Assembly: GCA_020723305.1 (NCBI GenBank)
Contig: DYJC01000016.1
Location: 2,650 to 66,649 of the forward strand
Direction: 5' to 3'
Source: Desulfosudis oleivorans
GTDB lineage: Bacteria > Desulfobacterota > Desulfobacteria > Desulfobacterales > SURF-7
Length of the DNA stretch: 64,000 nt
Every line of letters begins with the position of its first letter. Position 1 is the stretch's first letter. Shown here piece by piece: positions 28,626-37,180 of the stretch. Under the pieces are notes generated by a model. The model saw nothing but the letters and a program-made list of their open reading frames with translations, searched no databases and had not been told where the DNA came from. The position numbers were made by a program, and so were the translations under genes.

Positions 28626-29309
28626 TCAGTTCATCATGAATTTTTTGGCAGACATCCCTTCATTGAAAATCATATCGACGATGCTGACAAAATGGTCAAA
28701 AGGAGGGAAGGGTTGAAAATATTCAGGGTAGTTTGAGTAGTCCATCCAGTGAATTTCAATATTGTTTTGAACAAACAGTTCCTCCTTAATGTAGTTTTTA
28801 GCAGTTGGGCCGGATATGTACACGTTCCCGCGGGCCTGTTTGCAGAGTTCTATGAGAGCTTCTGTTTTTCCCGGAATCAGATTGTATTCAGTTGACCAGG
28901 TCAGTGTCGTTTCTATCCCGAGAAGCTTGTTGATTGCAGTAATAAATCTGTAATTAATGTCAGAAAGATACATTTCTTTGGCTGTCAGGTAAAGATTTTC
29001 AAAATAAGCTTTATATTCTTGGAAGTATTTTGTTTTTGCATAGGATTGCGAGATCGTTTTCCAGTGTTTTATATTCCACCGTGTATCCGATATTTTTGTA
29101 TCCCTAATCTGCTGGTTGATTGATTTAACCGAGACCGGTATTGTCAGCCACTTGATACCGCCCTGTGTTTTGATCCTGTTTCTGTTTCTCCAGTCATGCT
29201 TTGTATATTGAACGTGATCATAAATGATGAATTCATCAGCAAGGTTCAGGATGTCGAAATAGCCTTTCCAGGGAATATAGTTCGATTGTAATATGGCTAC
29301 TTTTTTCAT
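28626..29309 (-). CDS. WbqC-family protein
   Basis: ORF 28626..29366; ATG 29309 gives MKKVAILQSNYIPWKGYFDIL, the conserved WbqC-family N-terminus found in O-antigen/aminosugar clusters. Confidence 0.7.
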   Translation of the reverse strand: MKKVAILQSNYIPWKGYFDILNLADEFIIYDHVQYTKHDWRNRNRIKTQGGIKWLTIPVSVKSINQQIRDTKISDTRWNIKHWKTISQSYAKTKYFQEYKAYFENLYLTAKEMYLSDINYRFITAINKLLGIETTLTWSTEYNLIPGKTEALIELCKQARGNVYISGPTAKNYIKEELFVQNNIEIHWMDYSNYPEYFQPFPPFDHFVSIVDMIFNEGMSAKKFMMN

Positions 29310-29598
29310 TAATAAATAATCGCTGTATAGAAACATTAACATCTTTAAACCACATGCAAAAATCATCTGCTTTGATTCCTGACAAGGTGCTTTATGCTTA
29401 CATTTTTATATTGCTATTGTCAAATATGATTACGAAACCTAAGTAACAGCCTTGACCGCATACAAGGCGGTATCATTTTCCTATCAATACCTTGATCCTA
29501 AATGTTTTTCATGGTATTCGCTGGTTGTCGGTTTCATCAGGTATTCTTTAAAAACGGTTTGGGGATGCGGATTTGAATTTAAAATAAATGAAATTCAC

Positions 29599-31803
29599 AT
29601 GAAGATAGGTAAAAAAATATATCCTTTTCTCGTTCTACTGCTACTTATTATCCTTTTTTTTGGAGAAAGACTGATACCGTTCAATAACCGTTTTATCGGA
29701 GGGATCGATGTTTCCCTTTTTTTTTTCTGGGAAAGAGGGTTTGTAAAAGAAGAGATCCTTTCCGGCAGCGCTCCTCTCTGGAATCCGTATACCGGCGGGG
29801 GAGTTCCGTTTTTCCCTAGTCAACTGTTCTATCCGCTCACTTTTATATATGTCGTTTTGCCGCTGCCTTGGGCCTTCAACGCAGATATTCTTATCCACCT
29901 GTATATTGCCGCTATCGGCATGTATTGCTTGGTATCATTACTGTCCGGATCTAAAAGTGCCGGAATTGTCACAGGTGTGGTCTATTGTCTCAGTGGCTAC
30001 ATGTTAGACCGGATCATGGCGGGACATATTGTGTATCTTTATTCAGCAGCTTACCTGCCATGGATTTTCTTTTTTATCGAAAGAGCGCACAAGACCAAAC
30101 AGATGCGTTTCTTGATATTTTCCAGTATCATTCTGGGAATACAAAGTTTGGCGGCAGATGCCCAAAATGGTCTTTACATGGCTTTATGCCTGAGTATATA
30201 CTATTTCATTCGTTTTTTTCCGGATAAAAGCAAGTTCAATGTCAGTTCTTTTCTCAAATACGTAGGGTATTACTTCCTGTTTCCGATGATTTCATTCGGT
30301 CTCTCCGCAGTTCAGCTTCTTCCTTATCGTGAATTCATCCAGCATTGCACCCGTGACAAGATTACATATGACATCGCTACTTTTTTTTCGTACCCACCGG
30401 ATAATTTTTTCACCTTCCTAGTCCCCAAAATGGAGAGTTCCATAATCAATACCAATTGGGAATTCAGTGGCTACATCGGTATTTTTTCGCTGGTACTGAT
30501 CGGGCTCGGTATGCTGCTTCCGCAACACCGCAAGAACAAACTGATTATTGTGGCGATTTTGCTGATCCTGTCCACAATTTTGCTGGGACATTTTACTCCG
30601 TTCTATCATTTATATTATAAATACATGCCGTTAATGGATAATATGCGGGTTCCGGCCCGTTGCATTCTTCTATTCGTTTTTTTCTTGGTTATACTGGCAG
30701 GTTTCGGGGCGCAATATCTGACTGAATCAAATCTTCACCGGAGACATCATGTCTATTCCTTTTTATTGATCGCAGTATTATCCGTGTGTCTGCTGTATGG
30801 CGCAAAACAATACGGAGTTCCCTATTTTTCAAAGGAGGTACTGCATGTTTTTGGATTTTTAATGGGAGCTTTGCTGGTGCTAAATATAAAACCATATATC
30901 CGCAATAATCATATAATTTGCAGTCTTGTGGTTATCGCGGTGTTTATGGATTACCTGATTATATATAAAAAAGACATTCCTGAAATCGATGGGGACAAAC
31001 TTTCAGAGATATGCCCCTATGAGAATTTCATTAAAAACAGGGAAGGGTTGTTCCGGGTTCTTTTGCCGGGAAACGGCTTCAATGATGCTCGCGCATTCAG
31101 GTTCCGTTATTACAACGCAAACGGCTATAATGTGGCCTTTTTAAAAGATTATTACAGGTTTATGCATGAGATGGCCGGAATCCCGCAAAATATATTTGCG
31201 AAACATTATCTCAGCGATAAAATTTTTAAACAGGATTTGGTTTTCAGTTCAAGGATTTTAAACATCAAATACGCCATGGTATTGAATGAGCAAAATGGTT
31301 CCGCCGCTCTGGTTTCATTAAAAGACGTCATGCCGAGGGCGTTTTTAGTCAAAGATGCTATCTATCTTTCCGATAAAGAAGATCATCTTGAATATTTAAA
31401 GAATCCGGATTTCGATCCGAGCAGGCAAGCCCTCCTTTTGGCTTCGGAAAAAGAAGCCTGGCCGATGCCGGACCCTGAAAACACCGAGAAGATAGGTGAT
31501 TATGATGACCTGACAATAACAGACTACAAACCAAACAGAATAGAATTGGCATCTACCAGTCGGGAAAATGCCTTTATGGTATTGAGTGAAAATCATTATC
31601 CCGGCTGGCATGCTTATGTAGATGGGGAGAAAGTCAATATTCTCCGGGCGGATTATCTATTGAGAGCCATTCATCTTCCGGCAGGCACCCATCGAATAGA
31701 GTTCGTTTATATGCCAAAAAGCCTGATCACCGGCGCAGCCATCACTCTTTTCACTATTATCATTCTGGGAAGCATAATAACCTATATATACAAAAGGCAT
31801 TGA
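29599..31803 (+). CDS. YfhO-family polytopic membrane protein (GT-C-like glycosyltransferase)
   Basis: ORF 29452..31803; ATG 29599 (MKIGKKIYPFLVLLLLI). Many TM segments, LWNPYTGGGVPF near the N-terminus, a large C-terminal soluble domain and a final TM helix. This is the YfhO architecture. Confidence 0.7.
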   Translation: MKIGKKIYPFLVLLLLIILFFGERLIPFNNRFIGGIDVSLFFFWERGFVKEEILSGSAPLWNPYTGGGVPFFPSQLFYPLTFIYVVLPLPWAFNADILIHLYIAAIGMYCLVSLLSGSKSAGIVTGVVYCLSGYMLDRIMAGHIVYLYSAAYLPWIFFFIERAHKTKQMRFLIFSSIILGIQSLAADAQNGLYMALCLSIYYFIRFFPDKSKFNVSSFLKYVGYYFLFPMISFGLSAVQLLPYREFIQHCTRDKITYDIATFFSYPPDNFFTFLVPKMESSIINTNWEFSGYIGIFSLVLIGLGMLLPQHRKNKLIIVAILLILSTILLGHFTPFYHLYYKYMPLMDNMRVPARCILLFVFFLVILAGFGAQYLTESNLHRRHHVYSFLLIAVLSVCLLYGAKQYGVPYFSKEVLHVFGFLMGALLVLNIKPYIRNNHIICSLVVIAVFMDYLIIYKKDIPEIDGDKLSEICPYENFIKNREGLFRVLLPGNGFNDARAFRFRYYNANGYNVAFLKDYYRFMHEMAGIPQNIFAKHYLSDKIFKQDLVFSSRILNIKYAMVLNEQNGSAALVSLKDVMPRAFLVKDAIYLSDKEDHLEYLKNPDFDPSRQALLLASEKEAWPMPDPENTEKIGDYDDLTITDYKPNRIELASTSRENAFMVLSENHYPGWHAYVDGEKVNILRADYLLRAIHLPAGTHRIEFVYMPKSLITGAAITLFTIIILGSIITYIYKRH

Positions 31804-31820
31804 TTTAATTTGGGTTTAAT

Positions 31821-32135
31821 TTGATTAATTCTTTGTATCCTGAAGTGCTCATCATACTATGCGCCATTATCAGTGGTGCCGAAGCATGGACCCACGTCGC
31901 CGAATACGGTCGATCAAAAGAAGAATGGTTCAGTCTGCACTGGTGTCTGGATGTGTCCTTTCGTGAAGATCTTTGCCGGGTACGAAAAGACCATGCCCCG
32001 GAAAATTTTGGAATCCTGCGCCACATGGCAATGAATTTACTCAAACAGGAAAAATTCTTCAAAGGCGGCATCAAGGCTAAACGACTTAAAGCCTCATGGG
32101 ATCACAAATACTTGCTGAAACTACTTGCTGGATAA
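31821..32135 (+). pseudogene. Internally deleted ISAs1/IS4-type transposase remnant
   Basis: The 104-aa ORF joins an N-terminal DDE_Tnp_1-associated segment (VLIILCAIISGAEAWTHVAEYGRSKEEWF) directly to the extreme C-terminus (HWCLDVSFREDLCRVRKDHAPENFGILRHMAMNLLKQE...KRLKASWDHKYLLKLL). The catalytic core is missing. Confidence 0.7.
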
Positions 32136-32300
32136 TTTCGTATATGCGATTGCCCTGAAATAACCCTTGCTTCATGACCATTGGGGGAATCCTGATGATG
32201 CATTTCTATCAGTGATAGAATTAAAGGCAAACCCCTTGATCCTGGAATCGTTATATTGTACATGTAGTTTCCGAAAACAGAAAAAAATCAATAATACAGA

Positions 32301-32424
32301 TGAGCCAATTTCAAAACTATTATAAAGCGTCACACCAGCGAAAGTCAGTGCTCAGAAAAGAGCTGAAAATACTGGATTTTCGTTTTCGCCGGAACTACAA
32401 CAAGAGACTTTTGAAATTGGCTCA
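32301..32424 (-). repeat. MITE-like repeat, copy H (shortened)
   Basis: Termini TGAGCCAATTTCAAAAC ... CTTTTGAAATTGGCTCA. The core has a degenerate GTCACACC(A)GCGAAAG hairpin module. It ends 25 nt before the moxR start. Confidence 0.8.
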
Positions 32425-32449
32425 GATCATTTTTCATTAGAGGAGTTCT

Positions 32450-33439
32450 ATGACAATCGACGTAAAACAGATCAGTGAAAAAGTGCAGATGGAAAGTCCG
32501 GTGATTCGCCGGATACGGGAGGAGATTCACAAGGTGATTGTCGGTCAGGAAAAGCTGATTGATGGTTTGTTGATTGCGCTTTTCTGCAACAATCATGTTT
32601 TGATCGAAGGGGTTCCGGGGCTTGCCAAAACGCTTTCGGTTACCACTCTTGCGGGAATGATTCAGGCGACCTTCCAGCGGATCCAGTTCACGCCGGATCT
32701 TCTGCCTGCGGATGTGATCGGAACGCTGATTTATAATCCCAAAACCGGTGATTTTTTGACCAAAAAAGGCCCCATCTTTGCCAATATTGTTCTGGCGGAT
32801 GAAATCAACCGTGCGCCGGCAAAGGTTCAGAGCGCTTTGCTTGAGGCCATGCAGGAACGTCAGGTTACGATCGGGGATACCAGCTATGGTCTGGATGATC
32901 CGTTTCTGGTGATGGCAACGCAGAATCCCATAGATCAGGAGGGGACATATCCGCTTCCGGAAGCGCAGGTTGACCGCTTTATGTTCAAACTCAAGGTTTC
33001 TTATCCTACAAAGGCACAGGAACATCTGATTCTGAAAAAAATGGCACGATCTATTCCGCAGACAGATGTGGAACCGGTCATGTCGCCGGAAGATATACGG
33101 AGGCTCCGGGCGCTTTCCGATGAAATTTATATGGATGAAAAAATTGAGGAATATATTGTCAATCTTGTGGAAGCCTCCCGGAATCCGGACGCATACGGGC
33201 TGGATATCGGTCAGTTGATACGATATGGCGCCTCTCCGCGGGCAACCATATTTCTTGCCATGGCATCCAGGGCAAATGCCTTGCTGGAGGGCCGTGGGTA
33301 TGTCACGCCGCAGGATGTAAAAACAGTGGCCATGAATGTGCTGCGGCACAGGATTGTGGTGACCTATGAAGCGGAAGCGGAAGAAAAAACATCGGAAGAT
33401 GTGGTTGAACAGATCCTTCAGAGTGTGGATGTGCCATGA
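32450..33439 (+). CDS. MoxR-family AAA+ ATPase
   Basis: 329 aa with AGGAG upstream. VIVGQEKLIDGLLIALFCNNHVLIEGVPGLAKT (Walker A) and VLADEINRAPAKVQSALLEAMQE (Walker B region). Its stop overlaps the next start. Confidence 0.9.
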   Translation: MTIDVKQISEKVQMESPVIRRIREEIHKVIVGQEKLIDGLLIALFCNNHVLIEGVPGLAKTLSVTTLAGMIQATFQRIQFTPDLLPADVIGTLIYNPKTGDFLTKKGPIFANIVLADEINRAPAKVQSALLEAMQERQVTIGDTSYGLDDPFLVMATQNPIDQEGTYPLPEAQVDRFMFKLKVSYPTKAQEHLILKKMARSIPQTDVEPVMSPEDIRRLRALSDEIYMDEKIEEYIVNLVEASRNPDAYGLDIGQLIRYGASPRATIFLAMASRANALLEGRGYVTPQDVKTVAMNVLRHRIVVTYEAEAEEKTSEDVVEQILQSVDVP

Positions 33440-34323
33440 TACCGGAAGAGCTGGTTAAAAAAATCCGGTACATCCAGATTTATACCAGTAAGGCTGTCAA
33501 CGACTCCCTTGCCGGTGAATATGAAAGCGTTTTCAAGGGCAGGGGCATGGAGTTTGATGAGGTGCGGGAGTATAAAATCGGGGATGAAATCCGTTCCATT
33601 GACTGGAATGTCACGGCCCGGATGGGTGAACCATATGTAAAACGGTTTGTGGAAGAAAGAGAGCTGACCGTTTTATTTCTTGTGGATCTATCCGCATCCG
33701 GGGATTTTGGAAGCAGAAAACAGTTAAAGAATGAGGTCGCTGCCGAACTTTGTGCGCTTCTTTCATTTTCAGCCATCAAGAATAACGACAAGGTCGGGTT
33801 GATTGTTTTTACAGACCAGATCGAAATGTTTATTCCTCCAGCCAAAGGGACCAGCCATGTGTTGAGACTCATCCGTGAATTACTTCAGTTTAAACCCAAG
33901 CAGAAAAAAACAGATATTGCTTCAGCCCTTGCTTATCTGGATCGGATTACCCATAAAAAGTGCGTTGTATTTCTGGTCTCTGATTTTATCGCAAATGATT
34001 TTCAAAAAAAACTGCGGATTATTGGACGGCGTCATGACCTCATTGCGGTTTCGATTACCGATCCTCATGAGATCCGGTTGCCGGATGTGGGGTTGATCGA
34101 ACTTGAGGATTCGGAAACCGGAGAGATGTTTCTGGTTGATACGGGCAGTGCAATGGTTCGAAAACAGTATGAAAAATATGGACAGGAGAGACAGCGGAAT
34201 CTGAAAAAGCTTTTTCAGTCCATGGGAATTGATCAGGTTGAAATTTTTACAGATGGCAATTTTGTCTTTGATCTTGTAAGGTTTTTTCGGACAAGGGAAA
34301 GACGAAGGAATGTTAGGGTATGA
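33436..34323 (+). CDS. DUF58 (vWA-like) protein, MoxR partner
   Basis: 295 aa. YESVFKGRGMEFDEVREYKIGDEIRSIDWNVTAR ... FLVDLSASGDFGS is typical of DUF58. Confidence 0.85.
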   Translation: MIPEELVKKIRYIQIYTSKAVNDSLAGEYESVFKGRGMEFDEVREYKIGDEIRSIDWNVTARMGEPYVKRFVEERELTVLFLVDLSASGDFGSRKQLKNEVAAELCALLSFSAIKNNDKVGLIVFTDQIEMFIPPAKGTSHVLRLIRELLQFKPKQKKTDIASALAYLDRITHKKCVVFLVSDFIANDFQKKLRIIGRRHDLIAVSITDPHEIRLPDVGLIELEDSETGEMFLVDTGSAMVRKQYEKYGQERQRNLKKLFQSMGIDQVEIFTDGNFVFDLVRFFRTRERRRNVRV

Positions 34324-34337
34324 TGTTATACCCCCTG

Positions 34338-34407
34338 TTACACCCCCCTGGCCCCCCTCGAGGGGGGAATTGCCTCAAGGGGGGAATGCCATAAAAAGGG
34401 GGGATTT
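34338..34407 (+). repeat. C6/G6 palindromic repeat locus R1
   Basis: Core CACCCCCCTGGCCCCCCTCGAGGGGGGAAT at 34341-34370, followed by degenerate half-units (CTCAAGGGGGGAAT, AAAAGGGGGGATT). Confidence 0.85.
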
Positions 34408-34421
34408 ATGAGGAGTGTGTG

Positions 34422-35930
34422 ATGCCAAATACGACTGAGATCTCCGGGGTAATTCTGGCTGCAGGAAGAGGGATGCGTGCCTATCCGAAAACCAAATATA
34501 TCCCCAAAGCCCTTCTGGAAGTGGATGGAAAGCCGCTGATCGAGAGAAATATCGAAATCATGCGGGATCAGCTTGGGGTGAAAAAAATCATTGTTGTTGT
34601 CGGGCATTATGGCAACCAGATACCGGAATACCTCAATCAGAAAAATATGGGGGTTGATTTCAGCTTCGTGGTTCAGAAACAGCAGAAGGGTATTGGGCAT
34701 GCATTGCTGATGGTGGAAGAGCATATCAAGGAAAGCCGTTTTATCGTGATGCTTGCCGATGAATTCTACATGGACTCCAATCATCGGGACATCCTTACAA
34801 TAATGGATCAGGGTACGGAAGCGGATGCAGTGCTGCTGTTCAAGCAGGTTACCAATCCTTCCTTGATTTCCAAAAATTTTACCGGAAACATCCAGCAGGG
34901 AAGGGTAAAATCTCTGATCGAAAAACCGGAAAACCCGACAACCGATCTCCTGGGTGTCGGGACCTATTTATTGAATCAAAAGGTTTTTCACTATATCAAG
35001 CAGACACCTCCGTCCGAACTGAGGCAGGAGGTCGAGATCACGGATGTTCTGTCCAATATGGCCAGGCAGGAGGTGGTGATGGCCTGCATGCTGGAAGGCA
35101 AATACCTGAACGTGAACAACACCGATGATCTGAATCAGGCAAACTATCTGATCCGGGAAAAGATGTTTTCCAGATACAAGGTCAGTGTTGTGATTCCTGC
35201 CTATAATGAAGAAAAAACAATTGAGGGTGTGGTCCAGGATTTTAAAAGTCACGGGGTGGTGAATGAGGTTGTGGTTGTGGATAACAACTCCATGGATAGA
35301 ACCTCAGAGATAGCTGAAAAAGCCGGGGCACGGGTTGTTCTTGAAATGGATCAGGGATACGGGTGCGCATTGCGGAGGGGTCTTGACGAGGCTGCCGGAG
35401 ATATTATTATTCTCACAGAAGCCGATGGAACCTTTCGCTCCAAGGATGTTCCAAAGTTCATGGAATATCTCAAGGATTGTGACATGGTGATCGGTACCCG
35501 AACCACACGGCAGATGATCGAGCAGGGTACAAATATGAAGGGACTTGTACGCTGGGTCAATGTGATTTTCGGAAAAATTATTGAATTATTATGGTGGAAT
35601 CAGGAACCCCGGTTCACGGATGTCGGATGTACCTACCGGGCCATATGGAAATCCAGTTATCAGCGGATACGGCCTTTGCTCAGCGCCAGAGGGCCGGAGT
35701 TTGCTCCGGAGATGATGATTGCGGTGCTGATCTGCAAACAAAGAATTATTGAGATTCCGGTGTCCTATCTTCAGCGTCTGGGCGGAGAATCCAAGCACTC
35801 CGGCCGGTTTTCAGCACTGGCCCGGACAGCTTTTAAAATGATGAAGGTGATATTGAAGTATCGGTTTTTTGCCGGAATTGTTTCGGAGATTCAGGCCCGG
35901 TTTCATACAGGCAGGTTTGTGGGGAAATAG
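34422..35930 (+). CDS. Fusion of sugar-1-phosphate nucleotidylyltransferase and DPM1/GtrB-like GT2
   Basis: ATG 34422 has AGGAG 6 nt upstream. The N-half GVILAAGRGMRAYPKTKYIPKALLEVDGKPLIE is the nucleotidyltransferase signature. The C-half has VSVVIPAYNEEKTIEGVV, VVVVDNNSMDRT and ILTEADGTF, which are GT2 motifs. Confidence 0.75.
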   Translation: MPNTTEISGVILAAGRGMRAYPKTKYIPKALLEVDGKPLIERNIEIMRDQLGVKKIIVVVGHYGNQIPEYLNQKNMGVDFSFVVQKQQKGIGHALLMVEEHIKESRFIVMLADEFYMDSNHRDILTIMDQGTEADAVLLFKQVTNPSLISKNFTGNIQQGRVKSLIEKPENPTTDLLGVGTYLLNQKVFHYIKQTPPSELRQEVEITDVLSNMARQEVVMACMLEGKYLNVNNTDDLNQANYLIREKMFSRYKVSVVIPAYNEEKTIEGVVQDFKSHGVVNEVVVVDNNSMDRTSEIAEKAGARVVLEMDQGYGCALRRGLDEAAGDIIILTEADGTFRSKDVPKFMEYLKDCDMVIGTRTTRQMIEQGTNMKGLVRWVNVIFGKIIELLWWNQEPRFTDVGCTYRAIWKSSYQRIRPLLSARGPEFAPEMMIAVLICKQRIIEIPVSYLQRLGGESKHSGRFSALARTAFKMMKVILKYRFFAGIVSEIQARFHTGRFVGK

Positions 35931-35984
35931 GTTATCGGTTTTCGGTTGACGGTTTTCGGTTAGCCGGTTTGCCGGTTGATGTCT

Positions 35985-36125
35985 TGTGCTAATTTCAAAA
36001 GTCTGTTTTTGTCATTCCGGCGAAGGCCGGAATCCAGTGAAGTGAAGTGCTATCCAGTATTTTCAATTCTTTTCTGGACACCGGCCTTCGCCGGTGTGAC
36101 GTTTTTTAATTTTTGAAATTGGCTC
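35985..36125 (+). repeat. MITE-like repeat, copy A
   Basis: TGTGCTAATTTCAAAAG ... GTCATTCCGGCGAAGGCCGGAATCC ... GGACACCGGCCTTCGCCGGTGTGAC ... TTTTGAAATTGGCTC. Confidence 0.85.
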
Positions 36126-36154
36126 GTCTTATTTGATATTGAACTGTAAAAAAA

Positions 36155-37174
36155 ATGAAACGAATTTGGATCAGACAGGTTTTTTCTGTTTTTTGGATGA
36201 TTGTCGGTGTTATCTTACTGATTTCCTGTGTGGATGATAGCAGCCGGCAGGTTGTTGAAAAAGATCCTGGAATTGAAAAGCTGTATGAAAAAGGGTCAAT
36301 CCAGGTTATCCTTTCCATTGACAAGAGCCGGATGACAACCGCTGAACGTATCCGCCTTTCGCTGACTGCTTTTTCTGATGAAAACACTTCCATTCAGTGG
36401 CCTTCTTTGGAGCAGTTTTTAGGTCAATTCAAGATTTTTGATTATTCCACTGCCCAGCCGGAGCTGGATGATAAAAACCGGAAAAAAACCGTCCGGACAT
36501 ATGTTCTGGAACCGTTTCTGGCTGGGGAATATATCATTCCTTCCATGAAGATCACGTTCGGGAAGGAAAGAGAGGGCAGCAAGGATAAAAATGAACTTGT
36601 TTTAATTGAAACCCAAGAGATCACCATTCCTGTCAAATCCGTACTCCCGGATACCCGGATGGATCGGAAGCCGAATGATATTAAACCGCCGGTTGATATT
36701 CCGCGATCCTATGTTTTCTGGATCTGGGTGATTGCGATGGTTGTTCTTTTATTGATTGTCACGATTTTTTTGGTGATCTGGTTCCGGAAAAAGAAGAAGG
36801 GGAATGATGCCGGAGAAGTAAGGCTGTCTGCTCATGAGATTGCATTTCGTGAGCTATCGAACCTGGCCATACCAACACAAATGGAAAAAATGGAGATCAA
36901 ACTTTTTTATCAGAAAATATCCGATATCCTGAGAAGATATATCGAGAACCGGTTCGGGGTGAATGCACCGGATCAGACAACGGAGGAGTTCCTGACAGGG
37001 ATGGATTTCCGGAACATCATCGAGCCTTCCCATAAACCGCTTTTGCGGAATTTTCTGGCTCAATGCGACCTGGTTAAGTTCGCGGAACACCGGCCTGGGA
37101 AAGAGGATATTGAAGAATCCTTTAACAAGTGCAGACATTTTATCAACCAGACCAAAATAGAACAGAATTTGTAA
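36155..37174 (+). CDS. DUF4381-like membrane protein with extra N-terminal lipoprotein domain
   Basis: 339 aa. Lipoprotein-like signal (VILLISC) and a ~180-aa N-domain. A single TM helix FWIWVIAMVVLLLIVTIFLVIWF is followed by KKKKG and AHEIAFRELSNL, as in DUF4381. It occupies the usual slot between DUF58 and batA. Confidence 0.55.
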   Translation: MKRIWIRQVFSVFWMIVGVILLISCVDDSSRQVVEKDPGIEKLYEKGSIQVILSIDKSRMTTAERIRLSLTAFSDENTSIQWPSLEQFLGQFKIFDYSTAQPELDDKNRKKTVRTYVLEPFLAGEYIIPSMKITFGKEREGSKDKNELVLIETQEITIPVKSVLPDTRMDRKPNDIKPPVDIPRSYVFWIWVIAMVVLLLIVTIFLVIWFRKKKKGNDAGEVRLSAHEIAFRELSNLAIPTQMEKMEIKLFYQKISDILRRYIENRFGVNAPDQTTEEFLTGMDFRNIIEPSHKPLLRNFLAQCDLVKFAEHRPGKEDIEESFNKCRHFINQTKIEQNL

Positions 37175-37180
37175 CTGACC

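Noticed and set aside
32345-33349. 334-aa minus-strand ORF covering the whole moxR gene
   Set aside because: It is antisense to a strongly conserved MoxR ATPase. Its translation is Arg/His/Cys/Phe-rich with no recognisable motif and no RBS context. This is a typical shadow ORF of a GC-richer gene.
34338-34784. 148-aa minus-strand ORF overlapping the start of the nucleotidyltransferase-GT2 gene
   Set aside because: It is antisense to the conserved nucleotidyltransferase signature, and its C-terminus is translated from repeat R1.
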